A DNA stretch of 29,109 bases. Source: a virus. Taxonomy: Duplodnaviria > Caudoviricetes. The stretch covers positions 1 to 29,109 of the IMG/VR virus record IMGVR_UViG_3300020042_005458; one strand, 5' to 3'. The translations under genes and the position numbers were made by a program. Positions 17,834 through 26,002 of this stretch are shown piece after piece. The notes under the pieces are model-generated. The model worked only from the letters and a program-made list of their open reading frames with translations. It searched no databases and had not been told where the DNA came from. Within the stretch, counting starts at the first letter, position 1; each line of letters starts with the position of its first letter.

Positions 17834-18156
17834 ATAAAAAGATTGTGAAGTTGTTGCGTGAGCGTGATGCTGATACTTGTTGGCATTGTGGTTCTGATGA
17901 TAATTTGACTGTGCAGCATCGTAAGAATCGTGGCATGGGTGGTTCTAAGCTGCTGGATGTGCCGTCTAACCTAATTTTGTTGTGCTGGTGGTCTAACACT
18001 GAAATGGAAGCATCTCGCATCAAAGCTGAGGTGGCTTTGCGACAGGGTTGGAAGGTTTCTAACTGGTCTGACCCTAAAGAGATTCCTGTGTGGCATCATG
18101 GCCGTCAGGAATGGGTTTTGCTTGACGATAACTGGGGCTATACACTAGCGCTTTAG
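17830..18156 (+). CDS. HNH endonuclease-like protein
   Basis: RD..CWHCG..LTVQHRKNRGMGG...SNL..LC..N. Confidence 0.8.
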   Translation: MNKKIVKLLRERDADTCWHCGSDDNLTVQHRKNRGMGGSKLLDVPSNLILLCWWSNTEMEASRIKAEVALRQGWKVSNWSDPKEIPVWHHGRQEWVLLDDNWGYTLAL

Positions 18157-18181
18157 TAACTTTTTGGAAAGGGAACATTTT

Positions 18182-18832
18182 ATGCCGTTAATTCGGGGTC
18201 AGCACTCGTTTGATGACCATTACACACAACTGCCAAACGCTTGGGTTCGTGATAGCCGTTTAAGTTTTAAGGCTCGCGGCTTATTGGCGTTGCTAATGTC
18301 GCATAGCCCTGGCTGGAACATGAGTATCCGCAGTATTGCTAAGGGCAACGGCACTGGCATTGACACTGTTAAGTCGGCTGTCGGCGAGCTAGAAACACTT
18401 GGTTACTTGGTTCGTTCTGATGAGCAACAACGTGACGAAAAAGGGTCGTTTGCTGATTATGTGTGGACAACCACTGACCCGTTCCAAAACCCCGTCACGG
18501 GGAAACCCGTGCACGGGAAACAGGACACAAAGAAGAACATACTTAAAGAAAACTATTTACTTAAGAATGAAACTACCCAAATCTTTTCAAAAGATTGGAA
18601 ACCAGATGCTGAGTTTGCTAATCAGATGCAGTTGAAGTATCCTCAAGCAGACATCTTTGCTGAGGCAGAGAAAATGATTGATTATTATTTAGGCACGGGA
18701 AAGGCCAAAGAAGTGAAAGACATACAAGCACGTTTTAGAACGTGGATGCGTAATGCTGACAAGTTTAGTAACGGTGTTTTGTCTAGCCAGGCGGAGTCTA
18801 TGGGTTTGCCTCAGATTGGGCCGAAACTATGA
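18182..18832 (+). CDS. Helix-turn-helix replication initiator
   Basis: YTQLPN..VRDSRLSFKARGLL..LMSH..GW and ELETLGYL; C-terminal W.PD..F.TWMRN domain; directly upstream of DnaB. Confidence 0.8.
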   Translation: MPLIRGQHSFDDHYTQLPNAWVRDSRLSFKARGLLALLMSHSPGWNMSIRSIAKGNGTGIDTVKSAVGELETLGYLVRSDEQQRDEKGSFADYVWTTTDPFQNPVTGKPVHGKQDTKKNILKENYLLKNETTQIFSKDWKPDAEFANQMQLKYPQADIFAEAEKMIDYYLGTGKAKEVKDIQARFRTWMRNADKFSNGVLSSQAESMGLPQIGPKL

Positions 18833-20106
18833 TTGCGGAGAAGTCGGTTATTGGTGCAGCGTTGTTGGCTGGGTCTTGGGTTGTTGATGAAGCTCGTTTG
18901 ACTCCTGAAGATTTTTTTGAGGGTAAAGCGTCTAAGTTGTGGCGTTTTATTTTGGAGAAGCATGGTCAGGGTGTTTCGGTTGATACGACTTTGGCTTCGT
19001 CTGCGTTTCCGTCTTTGGTGTCTTACATTTTTGAGTGCACTTCGTCTTGTGCAAGCCCACAGTCGGCTGCTTTTTATGCTAAACAAGTTCATGATGCTTC
19101 GGTCAAGCGTAGGATGGTCGCTATGGGGGCTAGGTTGGCTCAGGAAGCCGTTTTAGAGGGTGCTGTGGGTGATTCCCTTATTGACGGGGTTTATCGTGAC
19201 CTTGACGCTCTGACGGCCTCTAGGTCTACTGATGATGTTTCTTGGTTGTTTGAAAACTTTAGCGAGTATCGTGACCAGTTGGATTCTGTTGAAAATAATG
19301 CGACTTGTGGCATACGCCCGTTGGATGCTTTACTAAATGGTTTTAGACCTGGGGCTTTGTATGTGATTGGTGCTCGTCCTGCTGTTGGTAAGACTGTGGT
19401 GGGTTTGCAGATTGCGTTTGGGTTGGCAAGGTCAGCAACACAGTTGAACAGTAAAGAGTCTGCTGGTGCTGTAGCATTTTTCTCATTGGAAATGACTAAA
19501 CGTGAACTTATAAACCGCTTGGTTGCACAAGTGTTTGAGATTGACATGGGCAGACTTGACCGTAAAGAGATTGGCCCTGCAGAAAAGAAAATGTTGGATG
19601 TTCATTCGTCTGAGCTTTCACGTTTGCTCACAATCAATGACCGTGGCGGTCAATCGTTGGCTGGTATCCGTGGTTATGTGCGGGCTATGCAACGCTCTGG
19701 CGCAAAACTAAAAGCCATTGTTATTGATTACATTGGTTTGATTGCTGAAGCAAATTCTGGTCGTTCACGTTACGAAGCAATGACACAAGTTTCAGGTGCT
19801 CTAAAAGCGATGGCTAAAGAGTTTGATGTGCCAGTGATTGTGTTGGCGCAGCTAAATCGTGCTGTTGAGAATCGTAAAGAGCAAGGGCCTGTTATGGCAG
19901 ACTTGCGAGATTCTGGTTCGATTGAGCAAGATGCTGATGTTGTGATGTTGCTAAATCGTAGAGCTGGTGTCAAATCTAAGGGTGACTGGGATTTAAATGT
20001 GATGCAGATTGCTGTAGCAAAGAATAGGCACGGTCAAACAGGTTTGATGGAGTTTGAGTTTGAGGGTCGGTTCTCAAGGATTAGTGAAGTAAAAACTATA
20101 AACTAA
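18829..20106 (+). CDS. dnaB: Replicative DNA helicase, DnaB-like
   Basis: Walker A GARPAVGKT, FFSLEM, IDYIGL, LAQLNR, DLRDSGSIEQDAD and KNRHG. Confidence 0.96.
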   Translation: MIAEKSVIGAALLAGSWVVDEARLTPEDFFEGKASKLWRFILEKHGQGVSVDTTLASSAFPSLVSYIFECTSSCASPQSAAFYAKQVHDASVKRRMVAMGARLAQEAVLEGAVGDSLIDGVYRDLDALTASRSTDDVSWLFENFSEYRDQLDSVENNATCGIRPLDALLNGFRPGALYVIGARPAVGKTVVGLQIAFGLARSATQLNSKESAGAVAFFSLEMTKRELINRLVAQVFEIDMGRLDRKEIGPAEKKMLDVHSSELSRLLTINDRGGQSLAGIRGYVRAMQRSGAKLKAIVIDYIGLIAEANSGRSRYEAMTQVSGALKAMAKEFDVPVIVLAQLNRAVENRKEQGPVMADLRDSGSIEQDADVVMLLNRRAGVKSKGDWDLNVMQIAVAKNRHGQTGLMEFEFEGRFSRISEVKTIN

Positions 20107-20110
20107 TGTT

Positions 20111-20383
20111 GTGTATAACTTTGCTCAATGCAATCAGTGTGGTGCTCGCTGGGAAATCCCTGGCAAGCATCCAAACTTTAAAGCACGATGCGATAGTTGT
20201 AAAGCTGTAAGGGTAGAGCAAATTGAGTATGATGGTGAAATCTGTATTCCGTGGGGTGGCGAGTTTGATAAAGACGATAACCCTATGTTGGATTGGAATT
20301 ATTATCTTCCTGGGTATCGGATTTGTTTACACAGTGACTGCGTTCGTGTTTCTCATGTTGTTCCCTTTTCTGAAATTATTTGA
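20111..20383 (+). CDS. Hypothetical Zn-binding protein
   Basis: CNQC, CDSC, CIPW.G.F and PG.R.C.HSDCV..H. Confidence 0.65.
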   Translation: MYNFAQCNQCGARWEIPGKHPNFKARCDSCKAVRVEQIEYDGEICIPWGGEFDKDDNPMLDWNYYLPGYRICLHSDCVRVSHVVPFSEII

Positions 20384-20419
20384 TACAGTATATTTACGCC
20401 TACGAGAGGAAAAAGAAAA

Positions 20420-20785
20420 ATGGCTGAAATAAAGTTCACAGGTATTGTTGAGCGTTTGCTAGGCACTAAGGGTGTCAAGGTTGTTGAACAGCACCGTGTA
20501 AAGAGTCCTGCTGGTGAGTGGGAAACTAAGGGTAGAACCTTTTTTACTGTTTGGTTGGGTGACTGCCAAATGCCTGCTGAGGGTTCTTTGGTTGAAATCA
20601 CTGGCCGTCAGAAAACTGTGTTTGAAGAATACAATAACGAAAAGCGTTATGTTCTTCATGTTGCAGCTACTAACATCAAACTGGTTTCTAACGTTCCAGA
20701 CTTTACAGGGTCTAACTCAGTAAGGTCGGAGAACATTATTCCTACTGGTTGGGCTGAAGTGCCTGCTGACGAAACCCCGTTCTAA
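20420..20785 (+). CDS. ssb: Single-stranded DNA-binding protein
   Basis: OB-fold-like pattern (GEW....FFTVW, G.LVEITGR) and acidic C-terminal DETPF. Confidence 0.85.
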   Translation: MAEIKFTGIVERLLGTKGVKVVEQHRVKSPAGEWETKGRTFFTVWLGDCQMPAEGSLVEITGRQKTVFEEYNNEKRYVLHVAATNIKLVSNVPDFTGSNSVRSENIIPTGWAEVPADETPF

Positions 20786-20938
20786 ATGAGAGTATTTTTC
20801 TTTGGCACGACCCTTTCAGTTTTACTGATGGGGTCTGCTACAGAAGTTGAAACACCTTTGCTTATGTGGGCTGACATTTGTATGTCGCTCATATTGATGG
20901 TTGGTGCGATTTCCAGCCTATTCTTAAAGCGTGAGTAA
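20786..20938 (+). CDS. Small membrane protein (50 aa)
   Basis: Read manually: MRVFFFGTTLSVLLMG..LMVGAISSLFLKRE; fills the ssb-rusA gap exactly. Confidence 0.55.
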   Translation: MRVFFFGTTLSVLLMGSATEVETPLLMWADICMSLILMVGAISSLFLKRE

Positions 20939-21332
20939 ATCTTTTAGTTTTGTTGTGCCTGGTGAACCGATTGGTCAGGGCAGTATGAAACATATTGGTA
21001 GTGGTCGAATGATTGCTTCTAACGATAAAAAACTTCGTCCGTGGCGCAAAGCTATTGTTGATGCTATCCACTTGCAACTGCAGAGTGATGAAATCTTTTT
21101 TGATGGGCCTACTAAGTTAGAGGTTCTGTTCTGTATCACTAAACCTAAAACTGTGAAGCGTGACTATCCGACTACGCCGTATGATGCGGACAAGTTGGTT
21201 AGAGCTGTGGGTGATGGTTGCACCGATTCTGGTTTAATCTCGGATGACTCTATCTTTGTGGACATTGTTGCATCCAAACGTTATGGCGAGGGTTGCCCGT
21301 GGGGTGCTCACGTTACATTGTCTGCTTTGTAA
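20931..21332 (+). CDS. rusA: RusA-like Holliday junction resolvase
   Basis: VPGEPIGQGS, DADKLVRAVGD, DDS and KRYG. Confidence 0.88.
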   Translation: MSKSFSFVVPGEPIGQGSMKHIGSGRMIASNDKKLRPWRKAIVDAIHLQLQSDEIFFDGPTKLEVLFCITKPKTVKRDYPTTPYDADKLVRAVGDGCTDSGLISDDSIFVDIVASKRYGEGCPWGAHVTLSAL

Positions 21333-21389
21333 CAGTTTGGTAACGACATAAGAAAAGTGTTGTGTTGTGTCGTTGGGGTGAGTTAGTGT
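21329..21389 (+). promoter_or_regulatory. GTAAC-N6-GTAAC box plus promoter-like sequence
   Basis: Box at 21329-44; TTGTGT 21360-65 and TAGTGT 21384-89; GAAAGGA RBS before 21418. Confidence 0.55.
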
Positions 21390-21417
21390 AGGTATACCCG
21401 ATAGAAAGGAAAAATAA

Positions 21418-21705
21418 ATGGGTGAGTTAGAAGATTCTGTGCAAAGGCATCCTGCTGGTAATGCTCGGAAAGAATCAATTTGGGATACTGCTTGGGCTGT
21501 TTCAAAAGCTATGCAGATTGAACGTGAACGAATCATCAAACTGCTTGACGACGAATGCAAAATAAGTGTTCCAACTGATTGGCATCCTAACCACTGCACT
21601 TGCCAAGCCTTTATCGCTCTTATCAAGGCAGAGAATACCGATAAATCAACTGTCCACACTTCAGCGGATAACGCCATAACCGATACACAGGGAGAGAACA
21701 AGTGA
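21418..21705 (+). CDS. Hypothetical protein
   Basis: Strong RBS; QRHPAG, ERERIIKLL and CTC motifs. Confidence 0.7.
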   Translation: MGELEDSVQRHPAGNARKESIWDTAWAVSKAMQIERERIIKLLDDECKISVPTDWHPNHCTCQAFIALIKAENTDKSTVHTSADNAITDTQGENK

Positions 21706-21782
21706 GCTGTAATTGTAATTTAGTAACAACTTGCCCAATCTGTCATGATGTAGATGAATTAGAAATGGAAAATAACAAATGA
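21702..21782 (+). CDS. Micro-ORF (26 aa), Cys-rich
   Basis: MSCNCNLVTTCPICHDVDELEMENNK; GTGA and ATGA overlaps with both neighbours; GGAG upstream. Confidence 0.45.
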   Translation: MSCNCNLVTTCPICHDVDELEMENNK

Positions 21783-22039
21783 AGATACCCGTGACCGTTT
21801 ACACAACACCTGGTTGTGTTCAATGCGACATGACTAAAAAACAATTAGACAAATTAGGTGTTATTTACACTGTTGTTGATTTGTCTACTAATCCTAAAAA
21901 AATGGCCGAGTTTAAAGAGCTAGGTTATTTGGCTGCACCGATTGTCACTACAGACATAAAAGCTTGGTCAGGTTTTAAACTGACTAAGATTCGTAGCCTG
22001 GCTGACTACATTCACTCTATGGAGCGTTCTAATGATTGA
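21779..22039 (+). CDS. nrdH: NrdH-like glutaredoxin
   Basis: VTVYTTPGCVQC, APIV and WSGF. Confidence 0.92.
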   Translation: MKIPVTVYTTPGCVQCDMTKKQLDKLGVIYTVVDLSTNPKKMAEFKELGYLAAPIVTTDIKAWSGFKLTKIRSLADYIHSMERSND

Positions 22040-22139
22040 GATACTTGGTTTTATATGTCTTGGCTTGGCCGTCTGGTTAGGTATTCTTTTAGCGTATTTG
22101 TCTGACAAGTTTAAGGATGACCGTTATGACGATATGTGA
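22032..22139 (+). CDS. Small single-TM protein (35 aa)
   Basis: MIEILGFICLGLAVWLGILLAYLSDKFKDDRYDDM; GGAG upstream. Confidence 0.55.
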   Translation: MIEILGFICLGLAVWLGILLAYLSDKFKDDRYDDM

Positions 22140-22278
22140 AAAGAATGGTTGCGACAAACTTGCTAAACGTAAAAACTTTTGTGAGCCACACTACTATCAG
22201 ATGTATCGCAAATCGGAAAAAGAGTTTGATAATAATGATTTTTGGTTGTTTATAAAAAAGGAGTTGAATCTTGAATAG
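22126..22278 (+). CDS. Small Zn-finger-like protein (50 aa)
   Basis: MTICEKNGCDK..FCEPHY..DFWLFIKKEL; AAGGA upstream. Confidence 0.6.
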   Translation: MTICEKNGCDKLAKRKNFCEPHYYQMYRKSEKEFDNNDFWLFIKKELNLE

Positions 22279-22528
22279 AAATGAATGGTTAGAGTTTGGT
22301 ATTCGTGAAGGGTTTTGTTCTGCACCTTTGTGCAGCACCCATGATGGGATACCTTCAACAGATGCTGAAGATGAAGAATGGGGTGAGGGCGGTGACCCCT
22401 GTATCCACATTATTCGTCCTTACACAGATGATACTGAAAAGGTTGCGGTTGAAGAAAACTGTGCGCCTGCTCAATGGCGTAAAGCAGAATGGTTGATTGA
22501 GAATGGTGCAGACGATGAAAATAAATAA
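22271..22528 (+). CDS. Hypothetical Cys/His protein
   Basis: AAGGAG RBS; FCS.P.CSTHDG.P..GGDPC.H..R. Confidence 0.75.
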   Translation: MNRNEWLEFGIREGFCSAPLCSTHDGIPSTDAEDEEWGEGGDPCIHIIRPYTDDTEKVAVEENCAPAQWRKAEWLIENGADDENK

Positions 22529-22676
22529 TGCCATCGCTTTGCTGCGTGACGACAATCTGGTTTGGTCAGATGACTTTAATAGTATTCGCTATGAACTGGC
22601 TGACCTGTTAGGCTCGTTACAGGCACTATCTGAAGCTGCTAATGCTCTCAGTGGTGAACTAACAGATGAAGGGTAA
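22515..22676 (+). CDS. Hypothetical protein (53 aa)
   Basis: Read manually: MKINNAIALLRDDNLVWSDDF..ELTDEG; fills the gap. Confidence 0.55.
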   Translation: MKINNAIALLRDDNLVWSDDFNSIRYELADLLGSLQALSEAANALSGELTDEG

Positions 22677-22678
22677 CC

Positions 22679-22906
22679 ATGTTAGAAGGATTGACTCCGC
22701 CACTTCGTAGATATCCGTGCCGTGTAAGAGATTTGGCATTGGAACTGGGTGAAGCGGATGGCAAAATTCTGGTTGCTGCTGCAGAAAACCCTGAATGGCC
22801 TTACATCAGTTTAGAGAACGCTTTAGGTAAACTTGGAGTAACTGTTTCACAGTCCAGTATCAAGAAGCATCGCACTAAAGTGTGTAGCTGTTTTAGGAGT
22901 ATTTGA
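22679..22906 (+). CDS. Hypothetical HTH-like/Zn protein paired with the phosphoesterase
   Basis: PCRV..LG..VS.SSI.KHR..CSC. Confidence 0.7.
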   Translation: MLEGLTPPLRRYPCRVRDLALELGEADGKILVAAAENPEWPYISLENALGKLGVTVSQSSIKKHRTKVCSCFRSI

Positions 22907-24048
22907 TGTTAGAGAACCTGAAAGTTGCTGAGAAACTTCATGCTTCTAAGTTTGGCCCTGCAGCTATAGAGTTCAACGGGTCTGAGGGTGAGGCTGTAAC
23001 ACCAGGTCTTGCTGATGGTGTGAATTTTGAAGAGTATTTGCGTGACGCTGGTTACGACCCTGACTTGTATGAAGTTGTGGGCAATCCTCGCACTAGCCGT
23101 TGGCAACGGTATGACGGCGAATGGCTTACAGCGTATCGGTTTAACTTTCGGGTCAAAACTACTATTGCTGATTTGCCGACCTTGTTTGCTGCAGCTAAGA
23201 AGAATGTAAAAGTTGGTAAGCCTGTTACTGGGTCTAAAGCTTTTGTTATTTGTTGGTCTGATTTGCAGATTGGTAAGGTAGACCATCGTGGCGGGGTTGA
23301 GCAACTTGTGGAACGTGTTGAGCACGTTAAGGCACAGTTGTTGGCTCGTATCAAAGTGGAGAAGCCTTCTCGTATCGTTTTGATGGATGTTGGCGACTTG
23401 ATTGAAAACTTTAGTAACGCTGCTAACTTGCAACAGCTCCGCACAAACGACCTAAGCATTATGCAACAACTTGATTTGGCTATAACTATTTTGTGGGAGT
23501 TGCTAAAAGATTTGGTTGCTCTCGTGCCTGATGTGACCTATGCAAGTGTTGGGTCTAACCATTGTCAGTGGCGTGTGCAAAAACAAGTTGTTGGCACACC
23601 TACGGACGACTGGGGTGTGTATGTTGGTCGCCAGTTAGCTCGCCTCGCTGCAGAGAAACAAATTCCAGTTAAGTTTTTTGAGCCTGAAACTCACGAAGAG
23701 TCTTTGACACTAGACGTGTTTGGTCACCGTATCGGTTTGGTTCACGGGCATCAGGCTAACAGGCCAGAGGGTATTCCTGACTTTTGGCGTAAGTCTGGGT
23801 TTGGTAACAACCCTATTAGTGCTGCAGACATTCTAGTTACAGGCCACTTCCACCACCTACGAGTAACAGAGTTGGGTGTAAACAGTGCAGGTAAGTCTCG
23901 TTTCTGGATACAAGCAGCAACTTTAGATAATGGTTCTGGTTGGTATATGCGCCGTAGCGGTGAAGATAGTCAGCCTGGGCTTGTGTGTTTTGTTGTGGAA
24001 CAAGGTAAATCGTTTTCTGGTTCGGTATTGAAGTTGGTTGTGGATTGA
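22906..24048 (+). CDS. Calcineurin-like metallophosphoesterase (Mre11/SbcD-like fold)
   Basis: SDLQ, GDLIE, SNH, HGH and GHFH motifs in canonical order. Confidence 0.85.
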   Translation: MLENLKVAEKLHASKFGPAAIEFNGSEGEAVTPGLADGVNFEEYLRDAGYDPDLYEVVGNPRTSRWQRYDGEWLTAYRFNFRVKTTIADLPTLFAAAKKNVKVGKPVTGSKAFVICWSDLQIGKVDHRGGVEQLVERVEHVKAQLLARIKVEKPSRIVLMDVGDLIENFSNAANLQQLRTNDLSIMQQLDLAITILWELLKDLVALVPDVTYASVGSNHCQWRVQKQVVGTPTDDWGVYVGRQLARLAAEKQIPVKFFEPETHEESLTLDVFGHRIGLVHGHQANRPEGIPDFWRKSGFGNNPISAADILVTGHFHHLRVTELGVNSAGKSRFWIQAATLDNGSGWYMRRSGEDSQPGLVCFVVEQGKSFSGSVLKLVVD

Positions 24049-24473
24049 TAGTTGTTTTGGTTACTGGCGGGTTTGACCCGTTACATTCTGGTCACATTGA
24101 CTATTTCGATGCTGCCAGCAAGTTAGGTGACGTTCTTATTGTTGGTGTGAACAGTGATGAGTGGCTTACTCGCAAAAAGGGTAAACCGTTTATGCCGTGG
24201 GCCGAACGTGCTTTGATTGTGTCAAAACTAAAAATGGTTCACGGCATACGCCACTTTGATGACTCTGACGGGTCAGCTCGTGACGCTATCCGCAAAGTGT
24301 TAGAAAACTACCCGACAGCAGACATAATTTTTGCTAATGGTGGGGATAGAAAACTTGACAACATTCCTGAGATGGATATAGAGTCAGAACGTCTACAGTT
24401 TGTTTTTGGTGTGGGTGGAGACGATAAGAAGAACAGTTCTAGTTGGATTTTGGAAAACTATAAGAAGGATTAA
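24045..24473 (+). CDS. Cytidylyltransferase-family nucleotidyltransferase (RfaE domain II/TagD-like)
   Basis: TGGFDPLHSGH, GVNSDEWL.RKKG, ER, FANGGDR and KKNSSS. Confidence 0.9.
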   Translation: MIVVLVTGGFDPLHSGHIDYFDAASKLGDVLIVGVNSDEWLTRKKGKPFMPWAERALIVSKLKMVHGIRHFDDSDGSARDAIRKVLENYPTADIIFANGGDRKLDNIPEMDIESERLQFVFGVGGDDKKNSSSWILENYKKD

Positions 24474-24474
24474 A

Positions 24475-24642
24475 GTGCCAGTCTACGAATATCAGCACTG
24501 TGATAGCAAAGAGCTTGTTATCCGCAGCATGGATGAAAAAGAAAAAACTCCTGAATGTAAAGAGTGCCATGAGCCTATGGTTCGTGTGTTTGGCGTTGGT
24601 GCTGTAACTTTTATGGGCATTGGTTGGGGTAAGGATGCGTAG
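24475..24642 (+). CDS. FmdB-family zinc ribbon protein
   Basis: MPVYEY..C...PECKEC..PM.RV......F.G.GW; AAGGA RBS. Confidence 0.8.
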   Translation: MPVYEYQHCDSKELVIRSMDEKEKTPECKECHEPMVRVFGVGAVTFMGIGWGKDA

Positions 24643-24976
24643 TTTTGTTACTAGGCCGTGGGGTTGGTATCAGGTGTTATCTGAGTCTGCTAGTGGTGCT
24701 GTCAAAATTTTGTGTGTAAACCCTGGTGAACGTTTGTCGTTGCAAACACATCGTAAACGCTCTGAGACTTGGTTTCCTTTGGATGCAGGTTTGCAGGCAC
24801 AAATTGGTGATGATTTGGTTGAAATGTTGCCGTATCACAAATATCTGGTTGGTGTCGGGGTTGAGCATCGCCTAATTAATAATGCGGGTCACCCTGTTGA
24901 AGTTGTTGAGCTTATTTCTGGTTCGTATGATGAGAAGGACATTGTTCGGATTGAGGACGATTATGGACGCAGTTAA
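24635..24976 (+). CDS. Mannose-6-phosphate isomerase-like cupin (type II PMI C-terminal domain)
   Basis: RPWG.Y, V.PGERLSLQTH..RSE.W, HRL.N and E.DIVR.EDDYGR. Confidence 0.88.
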   Translation: MRSFVTRPWGWYQVLSESASGAVKILCVNPGERLSLQTHRKRSETWFPLDAGLQAQIGDDLVEMLPYHKYLVGVGVEHRLINNAGHPVEVVELISGSYDEKDIVRIEDDYGRS

Positions 24977-25682
24977 AGTTTTAGCGTTCGACTTAGATGG
25001 CACACTAGCCGAATCTAAGCAACCTATCCCTGACAAGATTGCTAAAAAACTAAACACCTTACTTGACACTTACACTGTCGCTATTGTTACTGGCGCAAAA
25101 TTGGAGCAAGTGCAAACACAAGTTATAGACAAACTTGATAACCCTGTCGGTTTAGAAATCTTTAGCTGCTCAGGCGCAACCTACGACATTTACGGTGTAA
25201 ACGGTTTAGAACGCATTTACGAACACACCATAAAAGATGATGACCGTTGGAAAATCCAGTCAGAAATAGAATCTGTTGCTCGCAAACTAGGATTCTGGCA
25301 AGAAGTCACACACGGCAACGCTTTTGAGTATCGTGGGTCACAGCTCACTTGGTCTGCTATGGGGCAACTAGCTGCAGTAGATGTAAAATCTGGTTTTGAC
25401 CCTGACGGCAGTAAACGCAAACAAATTATTAGCGAACTAAATCTGGTTGGTTTCGATGTGCGTATCGGTGGGCTTACCAGCATTGATGTAAGTCTTGAAG
25501 GTTATGACAAAGGGTATGCGATACAAGTTTTAGGTAAGTCTGGGTTTAAGTTGGATGAGATTATCTATTTTGGTGACCAGTTTGGCCCTGGCGGTAACGA
25601 TTTGCCTGTTCGTAAAGCAGGGGTTTTGTGTTACACAGTAAAAAACTGGGGGGATACGCTGAAATGGCTTCGAGATTTCTAA
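24963..25682 (+). CDS. HAD IIB phosphomannomutase-like enzyme (eukaryotic PMM-type)
   Basis: FDLDGTL, VTG, EYRGSQ, GG.TSIDV...DK and FGD..PGGND. GAGG before ATG 24963. Confidence 0.85.
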   Translation: MDAVKVLAFDLDGTLAESKQPIPDKIAKKLNTLLDTYTVAIVTGAKLEQVQTQVIDKLDNPVGLEIFSCSGATYDIYGVNGLERIYEHTIKDDDRWKIQSEIESVARKLGFWQEVTHGNAFEYRGSQLTWSAMGQLAAVDVKSGFDPDGSKRKQIISELNLVGFDVRIGGLTSIDVSLEGYDKGYAIQVLGKSGFKLDEIIYFGDQFGPGGNDLPVRKAGVLCYTVKNWGDTLKWLRDF

Positions 25683-26002
25683 AACCTTGCCTTGATTGTG
25701 GGGGGCTTGTGCGGGGGGCTAACAGATGCGCCTATCACCAAAATCTGGTCACACAGTTGCACGAAATGAAACGGGCTGCAGTAAAAAAGGATTCTGGTCA
25801 ATATTCTGGTCAGTATCGTAAGAACGCTAAAGCAGTTAGAGAGAGTGCTTTAGTGTGTTGGATTTGTGGCGAAACAGCTCGTTACAATGACCCGTGGCAA
25901 GCTGACCATGTTGTGCCTGCTGAAAATGGGGATGTTGCTGAGTTGCGACCAGCTCACGCTTCTTGTAATCGTAAACGTGGCAATAAACCTGCGGAAGAAT
26001 AA
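25664..26002 (+). CDS. HNH endonuclease (terminase-associated type)
   Basis: N-terminal PC..CG..RC..H; CWICG, ADHVVP and H..CN.KRG. Confidence 0.85.
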   Translation: MASRFLKPCLDCGGLVRGANRCAYHQNLVTQLHEMKRAAVKKDSGQYSGQYRKNAKAVRESALVCWICGETARYNDPWQADHVVPAENGDVAELRPAHASCNRKRGNKPAEE

